This document shows, piece by piece, positions 37,969-51,245 of a stretch of 64,000 nt of DNA; the first letter of the stretch is position 1; every line of letters starts with the position of its first letter. The translations under genes and the position numbers were made by a program. Location of the stretch: contig OZ024754.1 of assembly GCA_964016885.1 (NCBI GenBank), positions 38,130,001 to 38,194,000 on the forward strand, given 5' to 3'. The notes under the pieces are model-generated. The model worked only from the letters and a program-made list of their open reading frames with translations. It had not been told where the DNA came from and ran no database searches. Source of the stretch: Eledone cirrhosa (Eukaryota).

Positions 37969-39494
37969 CTGCAGAAACAAGGAATAAACAAAAATAAATA
38001 GAGAGGGAAAATGTTAAATCATTTAGATAAAATATTTATAAGATAAAAACCATATTCCCAGCTGTAAAGTGGTTGTCATTAGGAAGGGCATCCAGCTGTA
38101 GAAACCATGCTCCCAAAACATTAGTTGGCATTAGGAAGGGAAAAATGAGTCTTCAGCTGTGTCAATAATTTACATGATTAACAAACCCTGTACACTAAGT
38201 AAAGTGGCTGGTGTTAGGAAAGGCACCCAGCCATAGAAAACCTGCCAAAAAAGAGCCAGAAATCTTTAGCTATGTCAAAGGCATGACAACCTTACTAGGT
38301 TCCAGCCCCCCAAGTTTAAACCTGCCAAGGTCAACTTTATCTTTCACCCTCTCGAAGTCAATAAAAAAAAAGTACCACTCCAGTACTAGGGTCAATTTTT
38401 ATTCTATATCTCATTCACCTTATCCAGAAGAAATTTGCTGTGTTCAGACTTAGAGAGGGAACGGTCTCCACCAAGTCTTAAAATGTCATATAGAAGCTGT
38501 ATGTCACAATAACATCCCTACAACTCCAACAGGGGAACGGTCTCCACCAAGTCTTAAAATGTCATATAGAAGCTGTATGTCACAATAACATCCCTACAAC
38601 TCCAACAGCAATTACAGCTCCATACATACAGTTAATGGACATCTATGTGTTAAGGTGGTTATATCTTAAAATATTACTACTAAAGCTCTGACTTATGCTT
38701 CAGAGATAAGTATGTAGCTCAGTTCGACTTGATGGTTAACAAGATCAAATATGATTGCTTAGTTAAATGGTTAGAAGGGAAGACAGCTATAAAAACACAT
38801 GCTCCATCAATATGGAAAGGTTTAAATTTGAAAGAAAAAAATAAAACTCCCCATTACTCTGTTAACATAGCAAAAGAATATAAAATACACAGGCATACAC
38901 ATACTACACAGGCACACACACATACACAGGCTCATTCTCATACACTACACACGCACACACTACACTACGCAAGCACACACAAACACACACTACACAGGCA
39001 CTATACATACACTGGCATTACACATACACACACACTATGCAGGCACACACATACACAAACACACTATGCAGGCACACACATACACTGTCACCTTTTTAAT
39101 GTTTTCCATACTGACATATCTCTCAATGTCTTGCTTTGCTTCCTTTCAATAACTTTACCATAATCTAACACACAGATTCTCAACCCATTTAGGCCAAACG
39201 CCCTCTTTTGTCCCTCGAACCCCCCCCCCCCCCCCCTATTTTTCCATTTTTCAATATACTACTGATTTTGATATCAGTAGATTACTAAAAAAATGATTAA
39301 CAATATTCCAAAGATACCATTGCAGGCAGTTGAGAGTATAAATACATTCCTTGAAAGGAAATATATAAATTTCAAAAAAAGGAACATAAATGTCCTTTTT
39401 TTATGAATAAGGACCAGTTGAATTTGTTATATTCCCACCAGGCGATACCAGCTATTTTGAATATTTATACAAGAGCAACTCTGTCTATCCCAAG

Positions 39495-41446
39495 AGTGAT
39501 ATATGTCTGGATATTGTGGGAGAGTGCTCTCTAATAATACAGAGACCACCACCATCGCTACCACAGTGATATATGTCTGGATATTGTGGGAGAGTGCTCT
39601 CTAATAATACAGAGACCACCACCATCACTACCACAGTGATATATGTCTGGATATTGTGGGAGAGTGCTCTCTAATAATACAGAGACCACCACCATCACTA
39701 CCACAGTAATACATGTCTGGATATTGTGGGAGAGTGCTCTCTAATAATACAGAGACCACCACCATCACTACCACAGTGATATATGTCTGGATATTGTGAG
39801 AGAGTGCTCTCTAATAATACAGAGACCACCACCATCACTACCACAGTGATACAACTCTGGATATTGTGGGAGAATGATCTCTAATAATACAGAGACCACC
39901 ACCATCACTACCACAGTGATATATGTCTGGATATTGTGGGAGAGTGTTCTCTAATAATACAGAGACCACCACCATCACTACCACAGTGATACATGTCTGG
40001 ATATTGTGGGAGAATGCTCTCTAATAATACAGAGACCACCACCATCGCTACCACAGTGATACATGTCTGGATATTGTGGGAGAGTGCTCTCTAATAATAC
40101 AGAGACCACCACCATCACTACCACAGTGATATATGTCTGGATATTGTGGGAGAGTGCTCTCTAATAATACAGAGACCACCACCATCGCTACCACAGTGAT
40201 ACATGTCTGGATATTGTGGGAGAATGCTCTCTAATAATACAGAGACCACCACCATCGCTACCACAGTGATACATGTCTGGATATTGTGAGAGAATGCTCT
40301 CTAATAATACAGAGACCACCACCATCACTACCACAGTGATATATGTCTGGATATTGTGGGAGAGTGCTCTCTAATAATACAGAGACCACCACCATCACTA
40401 CCAAGTGATACATGTCTGGATATTGTGGGAGAATGCTCTCTAATAATACAGAGACCACCACCATCGCTACCACAGTGATACATGTCTGGATATTGTGGGA
40501 GAGTGCTCTCTAATAATACAGAGACCACCACCATCACTACCACAGTGATATATGTCTGGATATTGTGGGAGAGTGCTCTCTAATAATACAGAGACCACCA
40601 CCATCACTACCACAGTGATATATGTCTGGATATTGTGGGAGAGTGCTCTCTAATAATACAGAGACCACCACCATCGCTACCACAGTGATACATGTCTGGA
40701 TATTGTGGGAGAATGCTCTCTAATAATACAGAGACCACCACCATCACTACCACAGTAATACATGTCTGGATATTGTGGGAGAGTGCTCTCTAATAATACA
40801 GAGACCACCACCATCACTACCACAGTGATACATGTCTGGATATTGTGGGAGAATGCTCTCTAATAATACAGAGACCACCACCATCAATACCACAGTGATA
40901 TATGTCTGGATATTGTGGGAGAATGCTCTCTAATAATACAGAGACCACCACCATCACTACCACAGTGATATATGTCTGGATATTGTGAGAGAATGCTCTC
41001 TAATAATACAGAGAACACCACCATCGCTACCACAGTGATATATGTCTGGATATTGTGGGAGAGTGCTCTCTAATAATACAGAGACCACCACCATCGCTAC
41101 CACAGTGATACATGTCTGGATATTGTGGGAGAGTGCTCTCTAATAATACAGAGACCACCACCATCACTACCACAGTGATACATGTCTGGATATTGTGGGA
41201 GAATGCTCTCTAATAATACAGAGACCACCACCATCAATACCACAGTGATATATGCCTGGATATTGTGAGAGAATGCTCTCTAATAATACAGAGACCACCA
41301 CCATCAATACCACAGTGATACATGTCTGGATATTGTGGGAGAGTGCTCTCTAATAATACAGAGACCACCACCATCACTACCACAGTGATATATGTCTGGA
41401 TATTGTGGGAGAGTGCTCTCTAATAATACAGAGACCACCACCATAA
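39495..41446. repeat. 60-bp minisatellite, about 32 copies, in ATP6V1D intron 1
   Basis: Unit AGTGATATATGTCTGGATATTGTGGGAGAGTGCTCTCTAATAATACAGAGACCACCACCATCACTACCAC. Confidence 0.97.
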
Positions 41447-42097
41447 CTACAAGGTGGACTGGGCGCTTTTCATCACGGTACCAGCACTACCACCTTACAA
41501 TGTGGATTGGGTGCTTTTCATTGTGGCACCAGCACTACCATTCCACAAGGTGGACTGGGCGCTTTTCATCACGGTACCAGCACTACCACCTTACAATGTG
41601 GATTGGGTGCTTTTCATTGTGGCACCAGCACTACCATTCCACAAGGTGGACTGGGCGCTTTTCATCACGGTACCAGCACTACCACCTTACAATGTGGATT
41701 GGGTGCTTTTCATTGTGGCACCAGCACTACGATCCCACAAGGTGGACTGGGTGCTTTTCATCACGGCACCAGCATTACCATCCTACAAAGTGGACTGGGT
41801 GCTTTTTTTTGTCACGGTACCAGCATTACCACCTTATAAGGTGGACTGGGGGCTTTTTGTCATGGTACCAGCACTACCACTTTACAAGGTGGATTGGGGG
41901 CTTTTTATCATAACTCCAGCACTATCACCTTATAAGGTGGACTGGGGGCTTTTTGTCATGGTACCAGCACTGCCACTTTACAAGGTGGATTGGGGGCTTT
42001 TTATCATAACTCCAGCACTATCACCTTATAAGGTGGACTGGGGGCTTTTTGTCATGGTACCAGCACTACCACTTTACAAGGTGGACTGGGGGCTTTT
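41447..42097. repeat. 48-bp minisatellite (96-bp dimers), about 13 copies, derived from the RTE/SINE 3' UTR repeat
   Basis: AAGGTGGACTGGGCGCTTTTCATCACGGTACCAGCACTACCACCTTAC; matches the GTGGACTGGGTGCTTTT..GTGGCACC unit of the SINE tail. Confidence 0.9.
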
Positions 42098-42104
42098 CGC
42101 TGGA

Positions 42105-42290
42105 ATAGTGCTCAGGTGCACTACAACTCATCAAAGGTGCATGTATAGTACATAGAATAATGTACAAATGTCAGGAAAATGAACAATGTACGAGTCATGA
42201 AATACACGTGTGCGTGTGTATGGAGGGGAGGGAGGGGGGGGGGGATCAGGTGTAGTTTTGGCGAATCTCAGGAAGCATGGAGGTTTTACA
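42105..42290 (-). mobile_element. CR1 LINE 3' fragment
   Basis: Homologous to 59260-59430. Confidence 0.75.
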
Positions 42291-42728
42291 CAAGAAATGT
42301 AGAGAGATAACAGGTAGAGTAAATAAGAGAAGAGAGAGTAAGAGCTTTGTTTATATAATAAATAAACACAAATAGAATGTTTAAATAGCCTTTCACGAGA
42401 ATGTCATCTGAAGAATATTCAGAAAATCAATATAGGACCAGGCACTGAATATAAAGAGCAGAGAAGCGAGACTTGAAAGACTAATACTAAGAGGTTCTGG
42501 GAAGATAATATAGAGAATACAGATGTTAGTTGGTTGATACAACACTAAGTCAATTGAATAATTGAATGGTAGATAAGTACTGCATCATTAATCATTATAT
42601 ACACTCAGACACACATATATACATATGAATATGTGCACACGTGTATATGTTTGTCAGTGTGTGTGTATATATATATATACACACACTGACAAACACATAC
42701 ACGTGTGCAGATATTCATATGTATATAT

Positions 42729-43062
42729 GGAGGCACATGGCTTAGTGGTTAGAGCATTGGCCTTGCAATCGAAAGGTTGTGAGTTCAATTCTCAGACCGG
42801 ATGATGTGTTGTTTCCTTGAGCAAGATACTTTATTTCACATTGCTCCAGTTTACTCAGCTGTAGAAATGAGATGATAGGGACTGGAGTCCATATCATTCC
42901 ACTGTAAAGTGGACATGTAGGTGCCACGGAAAACACCACCCAGCACTCACTGTAAATGAGGTTGGTGTTAGGAAGGGCATCCAGCTGTAGAAATCAAGCC
43001 AGAATCAGTTCCCGTCCCACCCTTGCAAGCAGGGAAAAGTGGACGTAAAATGATGATGATGA
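42729..43062 (+). mobile_element. Full-length tRNA-derived SINE with RTE tail type B
   Basis: GGAGGCACATGGCTTAGTGGTTAGAGC (A-box), GAGTTCAATTCTC (B-box), CCTTGAGCAAG core, RTE 3' UTR and (TGA)n tail. Confidence 0.88.
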
Positions 43063-43452
43063 TATGTGTGTATATATACACACACACACACATATGTCTG
43101 TATATAGGTGTGTGGATGAATATATATGTGTGTATGTGTATATATAAATATGCACACACATACATATATGTCTGTATATATATGTGTGCATGAGTATGTG
43201 TGTGTGTGCGCGTATATATAAATATGCACACACACACACATTTATATGTCTGTATATATGTGTGTGGATGAGTATATGTGTGTATATATAAATATGCACA
43301 CACACACATATATATGTCTGTATAAACGTGTGTGCATGTGTGTGTATGTGTGTATGTATGTATATATGTGTGTATGTAGGTGTGTGACTATATATACATA
43401 TACATACACACACTCATATGTCTATATGTGTGTGTATGTATGTATGTATATA

Positions 43453-43494
<42 letters not shown>

Positions 43495-43497
<3 letters not shown>

Positions 43498-44490
43498 AGG
43501 AAAGGTGTAGGTAGGAACTCCATTCTCTGCCCCAAAGGCAAACAATGGGTACACAAGAGATGTAGCGGGATCTCAGGAAGCTTAACTAAGAATGTAGGCT
43601 TCACATGTAGCAGCTGTGCTGGGACAGCAAGCCGCAAACAGCCACAGGAAACAAGTACTACCAAAATCTGTAGAAACAGTAGACAGCTTCTGCTACCTAG
43701 GTGACTGAATTAGCAGCGGAGATGGTGGTTCGGAAAGTACAATAACCAGAGTAAGAACGGGATGGAAGAAGTTCAGGGAGTTACTGTCACTGCTAGCTGC
43801 AAAAGGCTTTTCCCTCAAAATGAAAGGCAGACTGTATGATGCATGTATACGAACAGCAATGTTACATGGTAGTGAGACCTGAGCGCTGTCTGTGGAAGAC
43901 TTGCGTAGATTAGAAAGAAACGAAGGTTGCATGCTCTGATGGATGTGTAATAGTAATATACGTGAACGGCAAAGCATAAATGAATTGCGAGAGAGACTGA
44001 ATATAAGAGGAATCAAATGCTGTGTGCAGGAGAGGAGGTTACATTGGTATGGACATGTGATGCGTATAAAGAATGACAGCTTCATGAAAAGGTGCAGAGC
44101 ACTAGAAGTCGATGGAAACCGCGGAGTGAGAAGACCCAATAAGACCTGGGATGAGGTGATAAAAGCCGACCTTACCCAATTACACCTCTCGAAGGCGATG
44201 ACACACGGTCGTGACCTCTGGCATCACGCAGTAACACAGAAGACCCAACCCTCCATGGGTACAAGCCGAAGCTGAAGCATATAGACAATATGCCCCCATA
44301 CCCTCCCACTGCAAAAAAGCACCCAGCCCACACTGTAAAGTGGATGTGTAGGCGCCATGAAAAAAAAGCACCCAGCACTCACTGTAAATGAGGTTGGTGT
44401 TAGGAAGGGCTTCCAGCTGTAGAAATCAAGCCAGAATCAGTTCCCGTCCCACCCTTGCAAGCAGGGAAAAGCGGACGTAAAATGAAATGA
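43495..44490 (+). mobile_element. RTE LINE 3' fragment with 3' UTR
   Basis: CRKGVGRNSILC...LHGSET...RLHWYGHVMR with stops; tail type B. Confidence 0.9.
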
Positions 44491-44499
44491 TATATATAT

Positions 44500-45665
44500 G
44501 AAGAATGGTAAAGCTTCAGGACTGTCAGAGAAGTCAAACAGTTAATATAGAATGGATTCATACCCAATGACTGGTACAGCAGTACAATCATAAATTGTTA
44601 TAAGGGCAAAGGTGATACTCTAGAAAGGAGCAACTACAGAGGAATAAAACTAATGGACCAAGTTATGAAAGTGATGGGAAGAATTATTATAGTACAACTA
44701 ATTAAGGAAAGAGTCAAATCAAATTAGATGTAGTTAGGTTTTTTATGCCTGGGAAAAGTACCACAGATGCTTTCTTCTTAGTGAATCAAGAATAAACTGC
44801 TATATTTAGATTTTGTTTATCTAGAAAAGCCCTTTGACAGAGTACCTCAATCTATTATATAGTGGTCTTTAAGAAAATTAGGTGTAGAAGAATGGCTTGT
44901 GAGAGCAGTGCAAGCCATGGACAGTAAAGTAAGAGTTGGAAGTGAGTTTAGTGAGGAATTCACGGTATAGGTAGGAGTTCATCAGGGTTCAGTTCTTAGC
45001 CCACTGCTATTCATATTTCTCCAAGCCATAACAGAGGAGTTTAAAACCGGCTGTCCATGGGAACTTCTCTATGTGGATGATCTGGTCTTTATAACTGAAT
45101 CTATAAAAGAACTATAGAATATGTTCTGACTATGGAAACAGAATTTGGAATCAGAGAGTATGAGAGTAAACTTAGCCAAAACTAAAGTAGTAGTAAGTAG
45201 GAAAGAAGATAAGGCCCTGATTCCTTCAGAGAAGTGGTCTGGCTCAGTATGTAGAAAAGGAGTAGGCATAAACTCTATACAATGTATTATATATAACGTA
45301 AATCTTGGATACACAAGAGATGTAGAGGGATAACAGGTAGACTAACAAGACTTTTATGCAGAAGATGCACAGGGGTAGAGCGTCAGTGATATAAACCTTT
45401 TCCAATCACATGAAGGACCCATAGAAGTGGTCGATACCTTCTGCTCTCTAGATACCTAATTAGTAGTGGAGGAGGGTGCTCCGAGAGCATACTTGCTTGA
45501 ATAAGGATACGGTGGAAGAAGTTTAGAGAGCTACTTCCACTATTGATAACAGCAGATTTCTCCCTACGTACAAAAGGATGGCGGCATGAGGCCTGTGTGT
45601 GAAGTGCGATGCTGCATGGTAGTGAAACATGGATAATGACTACAAAGGACGTGTGTAGGCTGGAG
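44500..45665 (+). mobile_element. Older degenerate RTE LINE RT fragment
   Basis: NYRGIKL, HQGSVLSPLLF and WELLYVDD remnants with many stops and frameshifts. Confidence 0.85.
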
Positions 45666-45960
45666 AACCTACTTCAACCATATCAACTTCACTAGTTTCA
45701 ATCTAATGAAGAAATATCTACATAGTAGCTTGACTTGCAAGAAATAAAACAAATCTTTATAGGTTAGCATAAAGTTTTACGACACAGAAATTCTGATATG
45801 ACTGGAACGATGATTATAAATGCAAAAGGAAAATTTATCTAATCTAACCTTAATTTATTTTGCCATATATAATATATAAATTGGTGTCCATAACCTTATT
45901 TTTCATACATGCATGTATGAGAAATAAGGTTATGGACACCAATTTATATATGTATGTAGA

Positions 45961-45999
<39 letters not shown>

Positions 46000-46289
46000 G
46001 CTAATTGTAAAGCTATGTTGGTACCACAACATCCAGTCTGAAATAAATGAGGTTGTGTAGGTATCACGACTAAACTACACACAGTCCACACTGTAATGTG
46101 GCATGTAGGTAAAAACCTCCCAGTCCACACTGTAAACGTGGTTGGTGTTAAGAAAGGGCATCCAGCCGTAGAAAACTCGCCAGACAGTCCTGAGCAAAAC
46201 AACCAATCTTGCCTCAAGTGGGACAATTCCCGACCAGACCCATGCTAGCATGTAAGATGGACGTTAAATGATGATGATATATATATATA

Positions 46290-47950
46290 TCATCATCATC
46301 ACCGTTTTACGTCCGTTCTTCCACGCTAGCATGGGTTAGACGGGTTGTCCTGTTGTGGGCAGTGTCTGGTCGGCTGACCATGCCTTGCTCATACAGGAAC
46401 TGATTTGGCTTGATTTCTACAGCTGGATGCCCTTCCTAACACCAACGTCATTTACAGTGAGTGCTGGGTGCTTTTTCGTGGCGCCTACACGTCCACTTTA
46501 CAGTGTGGGCTGGGTGCTTTTTTGCCGTGGCACCTCCACGACCACCTTGCTGTGGGGGCATATTGTCTATATGCTTCAGCTTGTACCTATGGGAGGTCGG
46601 GTACTCTGTATTACTGCGTGATGCCAGAGGTCACGGGCGTGTGTCATCGCCTTTGAGAGGTGTAATTGGGTAAGGTCGGCTTTTATCACCTCATCCCAGG
46701 TCATCTTGGGTCTCCCCACTCGACTTCTAGTGGTCTGCATCTTTTTATGCAGCTGTCATTCTTCATACGGATCACATGTCCATACCAACGCAACCGCCTC
46801 TCCTGCACACAGCATTTGATTCCTCTTATGCTCAGTCTCTCTCTCAATTCATTTATGCTTTGTCGTTCTTACTATTACACATCCATCGGAGCATGCAGGC
46901 TTCGTTTCTCTCTAATCTACGTAAGTCTTCCACCTTCAGCGCCCAGGTCTCACTACCATGCAACATCGCTGTTCGGATACACGCATCATACAGTCTGCCT
47001 TTCATTTTGAGGGAGAAGCCTTTTGCAGCTAGCAGTGGTAGTAGTTCCCTAAACTTCTTCCATCCCGTTCTTACCCTAGTTATTGTACTTTCTGAACACC
47101 CACCTCCGCTGCTAATTCGGTCACCTAGGTAGCAGAAGCTGTCTACTGTTTCTACAGAGCCCTCCCAGAGATTGGTGGTACTTGTTTCCTGTGGCTGTTT
47201 GCTGCTTGCTGTCCCAGCACAGCTGCTGCATGTGAAGCCTACATTCTTAATTAAGCTTCCTGAGATCCCGCTACATCTCTTGTGTACCCATTGTTTGCAT
47301 TTGGGACAGAGAATGGAATTCCTACCTACACCTTTCCTACATACTGAGCAAGGCCATTTCCCTGAGGGGATCTGGGTTCTGTTTTCTCGTCTACTTACAA
47401 GGACCTTAGTCTTTGTCATGTTGACTTTGAGACCCTTTCTTTCTAGTCCCTGCTTCCAAGTTTGGAATTTCTTCTCTAGTTCTAACATAGATTCAGCTAT
47501 AAGTGCGAGGTCATCAGCATACAGGAGTTCCCATGGGCATCCGGTCTTAAACTCCTCCGTTATTGCCTGCAGGACTATGATGAACAGGAGGGGGCTAAGA
47601 ACAGAGCCCTGGTGGACCCCATCCTGTACGCTAAATTCCTCGCTATACTCATTGCTAATCCTAACTTTGCTGACTGCTCCCCTATACATGGCTTGTACCG
47701 CTTTCACAAGCCATTCATCTACTCCTAGTTTTCTAAGAGCCCACCAGATTACAGCACGTGGAACTCTGTCAAAGGCTTTCTCAAGGTCGACAAATGCCAG
47801 GTAGAGTGGCTTACTTTTAGTTAGGTACTTTTCCTGTAACTGCCTGACAAGGAAGAGGGCATCAGTGGTGCCTCTTCCTGGTACAAACCCAAATTGCATC
47901 TCGTCTAGTTTCACCCGGTCCCTAATCAACTGTGCTATAACTCTTTCTGT
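46290..47950 (-). mobile_element. 5'-truncated RTE LINE (RT with YADD, PHD-like finger, 3' UTR, tail type A)
   Basis: ORF 46853..47971; QFGF, AFDRV, QGSVLSPLLF, YADD motifs. Confidence 0.95.
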
Positions 47951-48023
47951 TATATATGTGTGTATATACATATATCATCATCATCATTTTACTTTCGCTT
48001 TTTCTTGCTTGTAAGGGTGGGAC

Positions 48024-48055
<32 letters not shown>

Positions 48056-50174
48056 ATATACATACACATATATATATATATGTATATACACATACCATCG
48101 TCCTCATTTAACATTTATTTTCCATGCTAGTATGGATTAGACGGGTTGTCCCATTTGAAATAAGTTGGGTCAGGTGACCTTGTCATGCTCATATGATTTC
48201 TTCTGAATGAAACAGTTCTAGTCCTATTGAAGCCTGATTGTTGCCAATTTGCCAATGGATGTATAAATATATGCACAAACAAAAACTAGCGTGTATCTGT
48301 GTAAATGGACACACTTTGAGGCGTTTTCCATAAATTTTATTGCACATAGCAAAACATCATGTAAGGACTAAGCAGAAAATATTTACATGCAAGCGGGGAA
48401 AAGCGGACGTATGATGATGATGATGATTTGTTAATTCTAATATTTTTACTGTCAAAATATGCAATATTCAAATAAAGACTTGAATGTTTAATGTGATGTA
48501 GTCATAGTGCTGTTTGGTGCTTTTCAAAAATGTCTTGTTAATGCAGATTTGTTAATTCTAATGTTTGCAGTATTTTTATTGTGAAGATATGCAGTATTCA
48601 AATACAAACTTTAATGTTTAATGTGATGTAGTCATAGTGCTGTTAATAGACATGGGTCACATTTTAAGGCAAATTTGTTTTTATTATACGAGGTTAACTT
48701 TGCCTTTCATCCTTACGGGGTCGATAAAATAAAGTACCCTTTAATACACTGGGATAATTGCTGACCTTGTACCAAAAGTAGAAACAATTATATCTCTGAG
48801 ATGGGTGTTACAAAATTCTTTGGTGGTGGAACCATAGAAAATAAGTAATTTATAAGTCTTGAAAACCACTTTGTTCAAATACATAAAAAAACATAGGAAA
48901 AACAAATTTCATCTTCAAAATTCAAAATTCTAACCAAACCTATCAACTAACTTCTTCCCCCCCCCCTCCCGTAATTTCTGATGGGGTTATAGGGGCGCTG
49001 TAGTGGTATACAGGGCGCTGTGGTGGTATTCAGCATTTATAGGGCATTGCTTGGCAGAGCCCACCTCTCTTCGGGTCTGAACACAGCAGATTTCCTCCAG
49101 AAAGGGATAGAGAAATTGAGAGAATAGGAGTGAGAAAGCGATATAGAGGAAACATCGATCCCAGTACTTGACCTTGAATGGACGACAGGCAAAGTTGACT
49201 GTGACAGGACTTGAACTTAGAGCAGAGAGCCAGAACAAATACTGCAAAGCATGACACCCGACGTTCTAACGTCTCTGACCATTCGCTGCCCAAAGGAAAC
49301 CATACATCCTTTTGTTTTCAGTCCTACATATCAACAAGACAGTAAGGCTCTGTAATATATACGTCTTAGTTAATTCTGTAAAAGGCGAAAAATGAACTAA
49401 TTTCCAAAGTGCAGCAAATGACATAAACACAGGCAAAACAACATCCAACAGAAGCTGTGTGTGTGTATTTGTGTGTGAATGTGTTTGTATGTGGGTATAT
49501 TTATATGTGTATGAGTGTGTGGTGTATGTTTGTGTGAGAATCAACTACATTTAAACCATATACATACACACACACACACATACATACATGTACTCACATA
49601 TACATACATACACGCACATATATACATATACTCACATATATACATACATATACTCACATATATATACACACACACACATATATATACATACATATACATA
49701 TATATACACACACACACATATATATATACATACATATACTCACATATACATACATATACGCACATATATACACACACACACATATATATACATACATATA
49801 CTCACATATACATACATACACGCACATATATACATACATACACACGCATACTGGTAAATATGCTTAAATCCATTGTAAAACTAACGGCGTTGGACCCATT
49901 TACGAAGAATTTCGTTCGGGATAATTTTTATTGTACTTGTCCAGTTTCTGTTTTAACTGCATTTCAAACTGATTTTAATAAAAAAAAATTCCTTTAACTG
50001 GATGTATGAGTGTAATGGTGACGGGAGTGAGTACGGATACCGAAGTAGAGTTTAATAATATTCTTTATAATAGCTAAGTGATGGTGAATCTTGTTGCTTT
50101 AGTGATCTAATCAGTCCACAGGTTAAACTCCAAAGTAACAAGACTCTTCATTTAATCATAATAAAGATTTATAA

Positions 50175-50227
<53 letters not shown>

Positions 50228-50312
50228 TCATGTATGTAACTATATTTGAGTGGGTGTGTTTACATATATAATTATTGAAGTTTGTGCAGCCAAATTGTAA
50301 AGAAACACTTAC

Positions 50313-50347
50313 ATTCTAGACGGGAATACGTTAAGACGGTCACTCAT
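50313..50347 (-). CDS. ATP6V1D: V-ATPase subunit D first coding exon MSDRLNVFPSR(M)
   Basis: AAAATGAGT start, FPSRM motif, gtaagt donor in phase 2 joining exon 2. The spliced product is 248 aa. Confidence 0.95.
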
Positions 50348-50466
50348 TTTGGCCAAATTGTTGTCCTGTAATGTTATACAATAGAGAAGACAGTTACAAG
50401 GGCACTGACTGAAGTTGAAAAATAAGATATTTTGCTGGAAACAACCACCTGATTCTGTCTCACTTT

Positions 50467-50476
50467 ATCACATGAC
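50467..50476 (-). promoter_or_regulatory. M-box / CLEAR-like E-box GTCATGTGAT (candidate MiT/TFE site) upstream of ATP6V1D
   Basis: Plus-strand ATCACATGAC about 120 bp upstream of the ATG. TCATGTGA is the MITF/TFEB M-box consensus, and V-ATPase genes are known MiT/TFE targets. Confidence 0.5.
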
Positions 50477-50573
50477 CCGGTGTAGAGCTAGTTTAGTCTA
50501 TCTTGTATTTTTAGGTTGCGACAATTCGTTAATTAATTCATTAAACACCACGAACAATGTGTTCTCTTTCATG

Positions 50574-50619
<46 letters not shown>

Positions 50620-50621
<2 letters not shown>

Positions 50622-51245
50622 TTTCTTTTAATAATGTTTTCTTTATTAACCACAAGGGTTTACATAAAGTAGACATTAAAGACAGTACAGGACAATACAG
50701 GACGGTACAAATGGGCATTTCTGCGTGTAAAAAAAACAGAGGATGTAATAAAATAACAAAGAAAAATTCCCCAATAGGGGGGAGACTTCCGAGGGACATT
50801 TGTGGAGAAAGCCCATTAAAAGACCACAGTGGCCCTGACCACCAGGGTAAGTGCCTTCTCCCAGTTTTCCACCTTTAATTTACAGACACATACTCAGAGT
50901 AGGCCCATTCACTCGGGCCATTCTTGCTTCTCTCACCCATCTTTCAACAAAATGCTGGGAAGAGAGCACTTCCCTCTCTACCCTGATTTTCCTTTTCAAA
51001 TGAAATTTGAAAAAGTCAATCAGGGCATCACCGAAGAGGTAAGTGCTCGTCTTCAGCCCTTTCAAACGTGTCCACCATACTATCTCTTTCGCCATGGCCA
51101 CCAGACAAATAAAAACTGCCTGCCCTTCCCGGCTAAAGGAAGAGGGCGGGGCAATCCTCACAATGGACTCAGCTGATAGCCGGATCCGTCCTACACGCGA
51201 CAGCAGGTGTTCGACATAAACCCACAAGTCAGCAATTCTCGGACA
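50620..51245 (-). mobile_element. L1/Tx1-clade LINE 3' fragment
   Basis: Homologous to the 3' end of 24705-26000 (CPRIADLW..LSAESIV..FVERWV); ends at an (AAT)n tract. Confidence 0.8.

Noticed and set aside
39495-41446. CRISPR-like array
   Set aside because: Units are fully repeated with no unique spacers, there are no cas genes, and the context is eukaryotic.
42380-42420. Additional hammerhead remnants (also GAAACAATTGTA near 3377)
   Set aside because: Core too degenerate (CAGATGA, or missing 5' box) and stems do not pair convincingly.
42729-42800. tRNA gene
   Set aside because: A/B boxes are present but there is no proper acceptor stem; it continues into a SINE body found in several copies.
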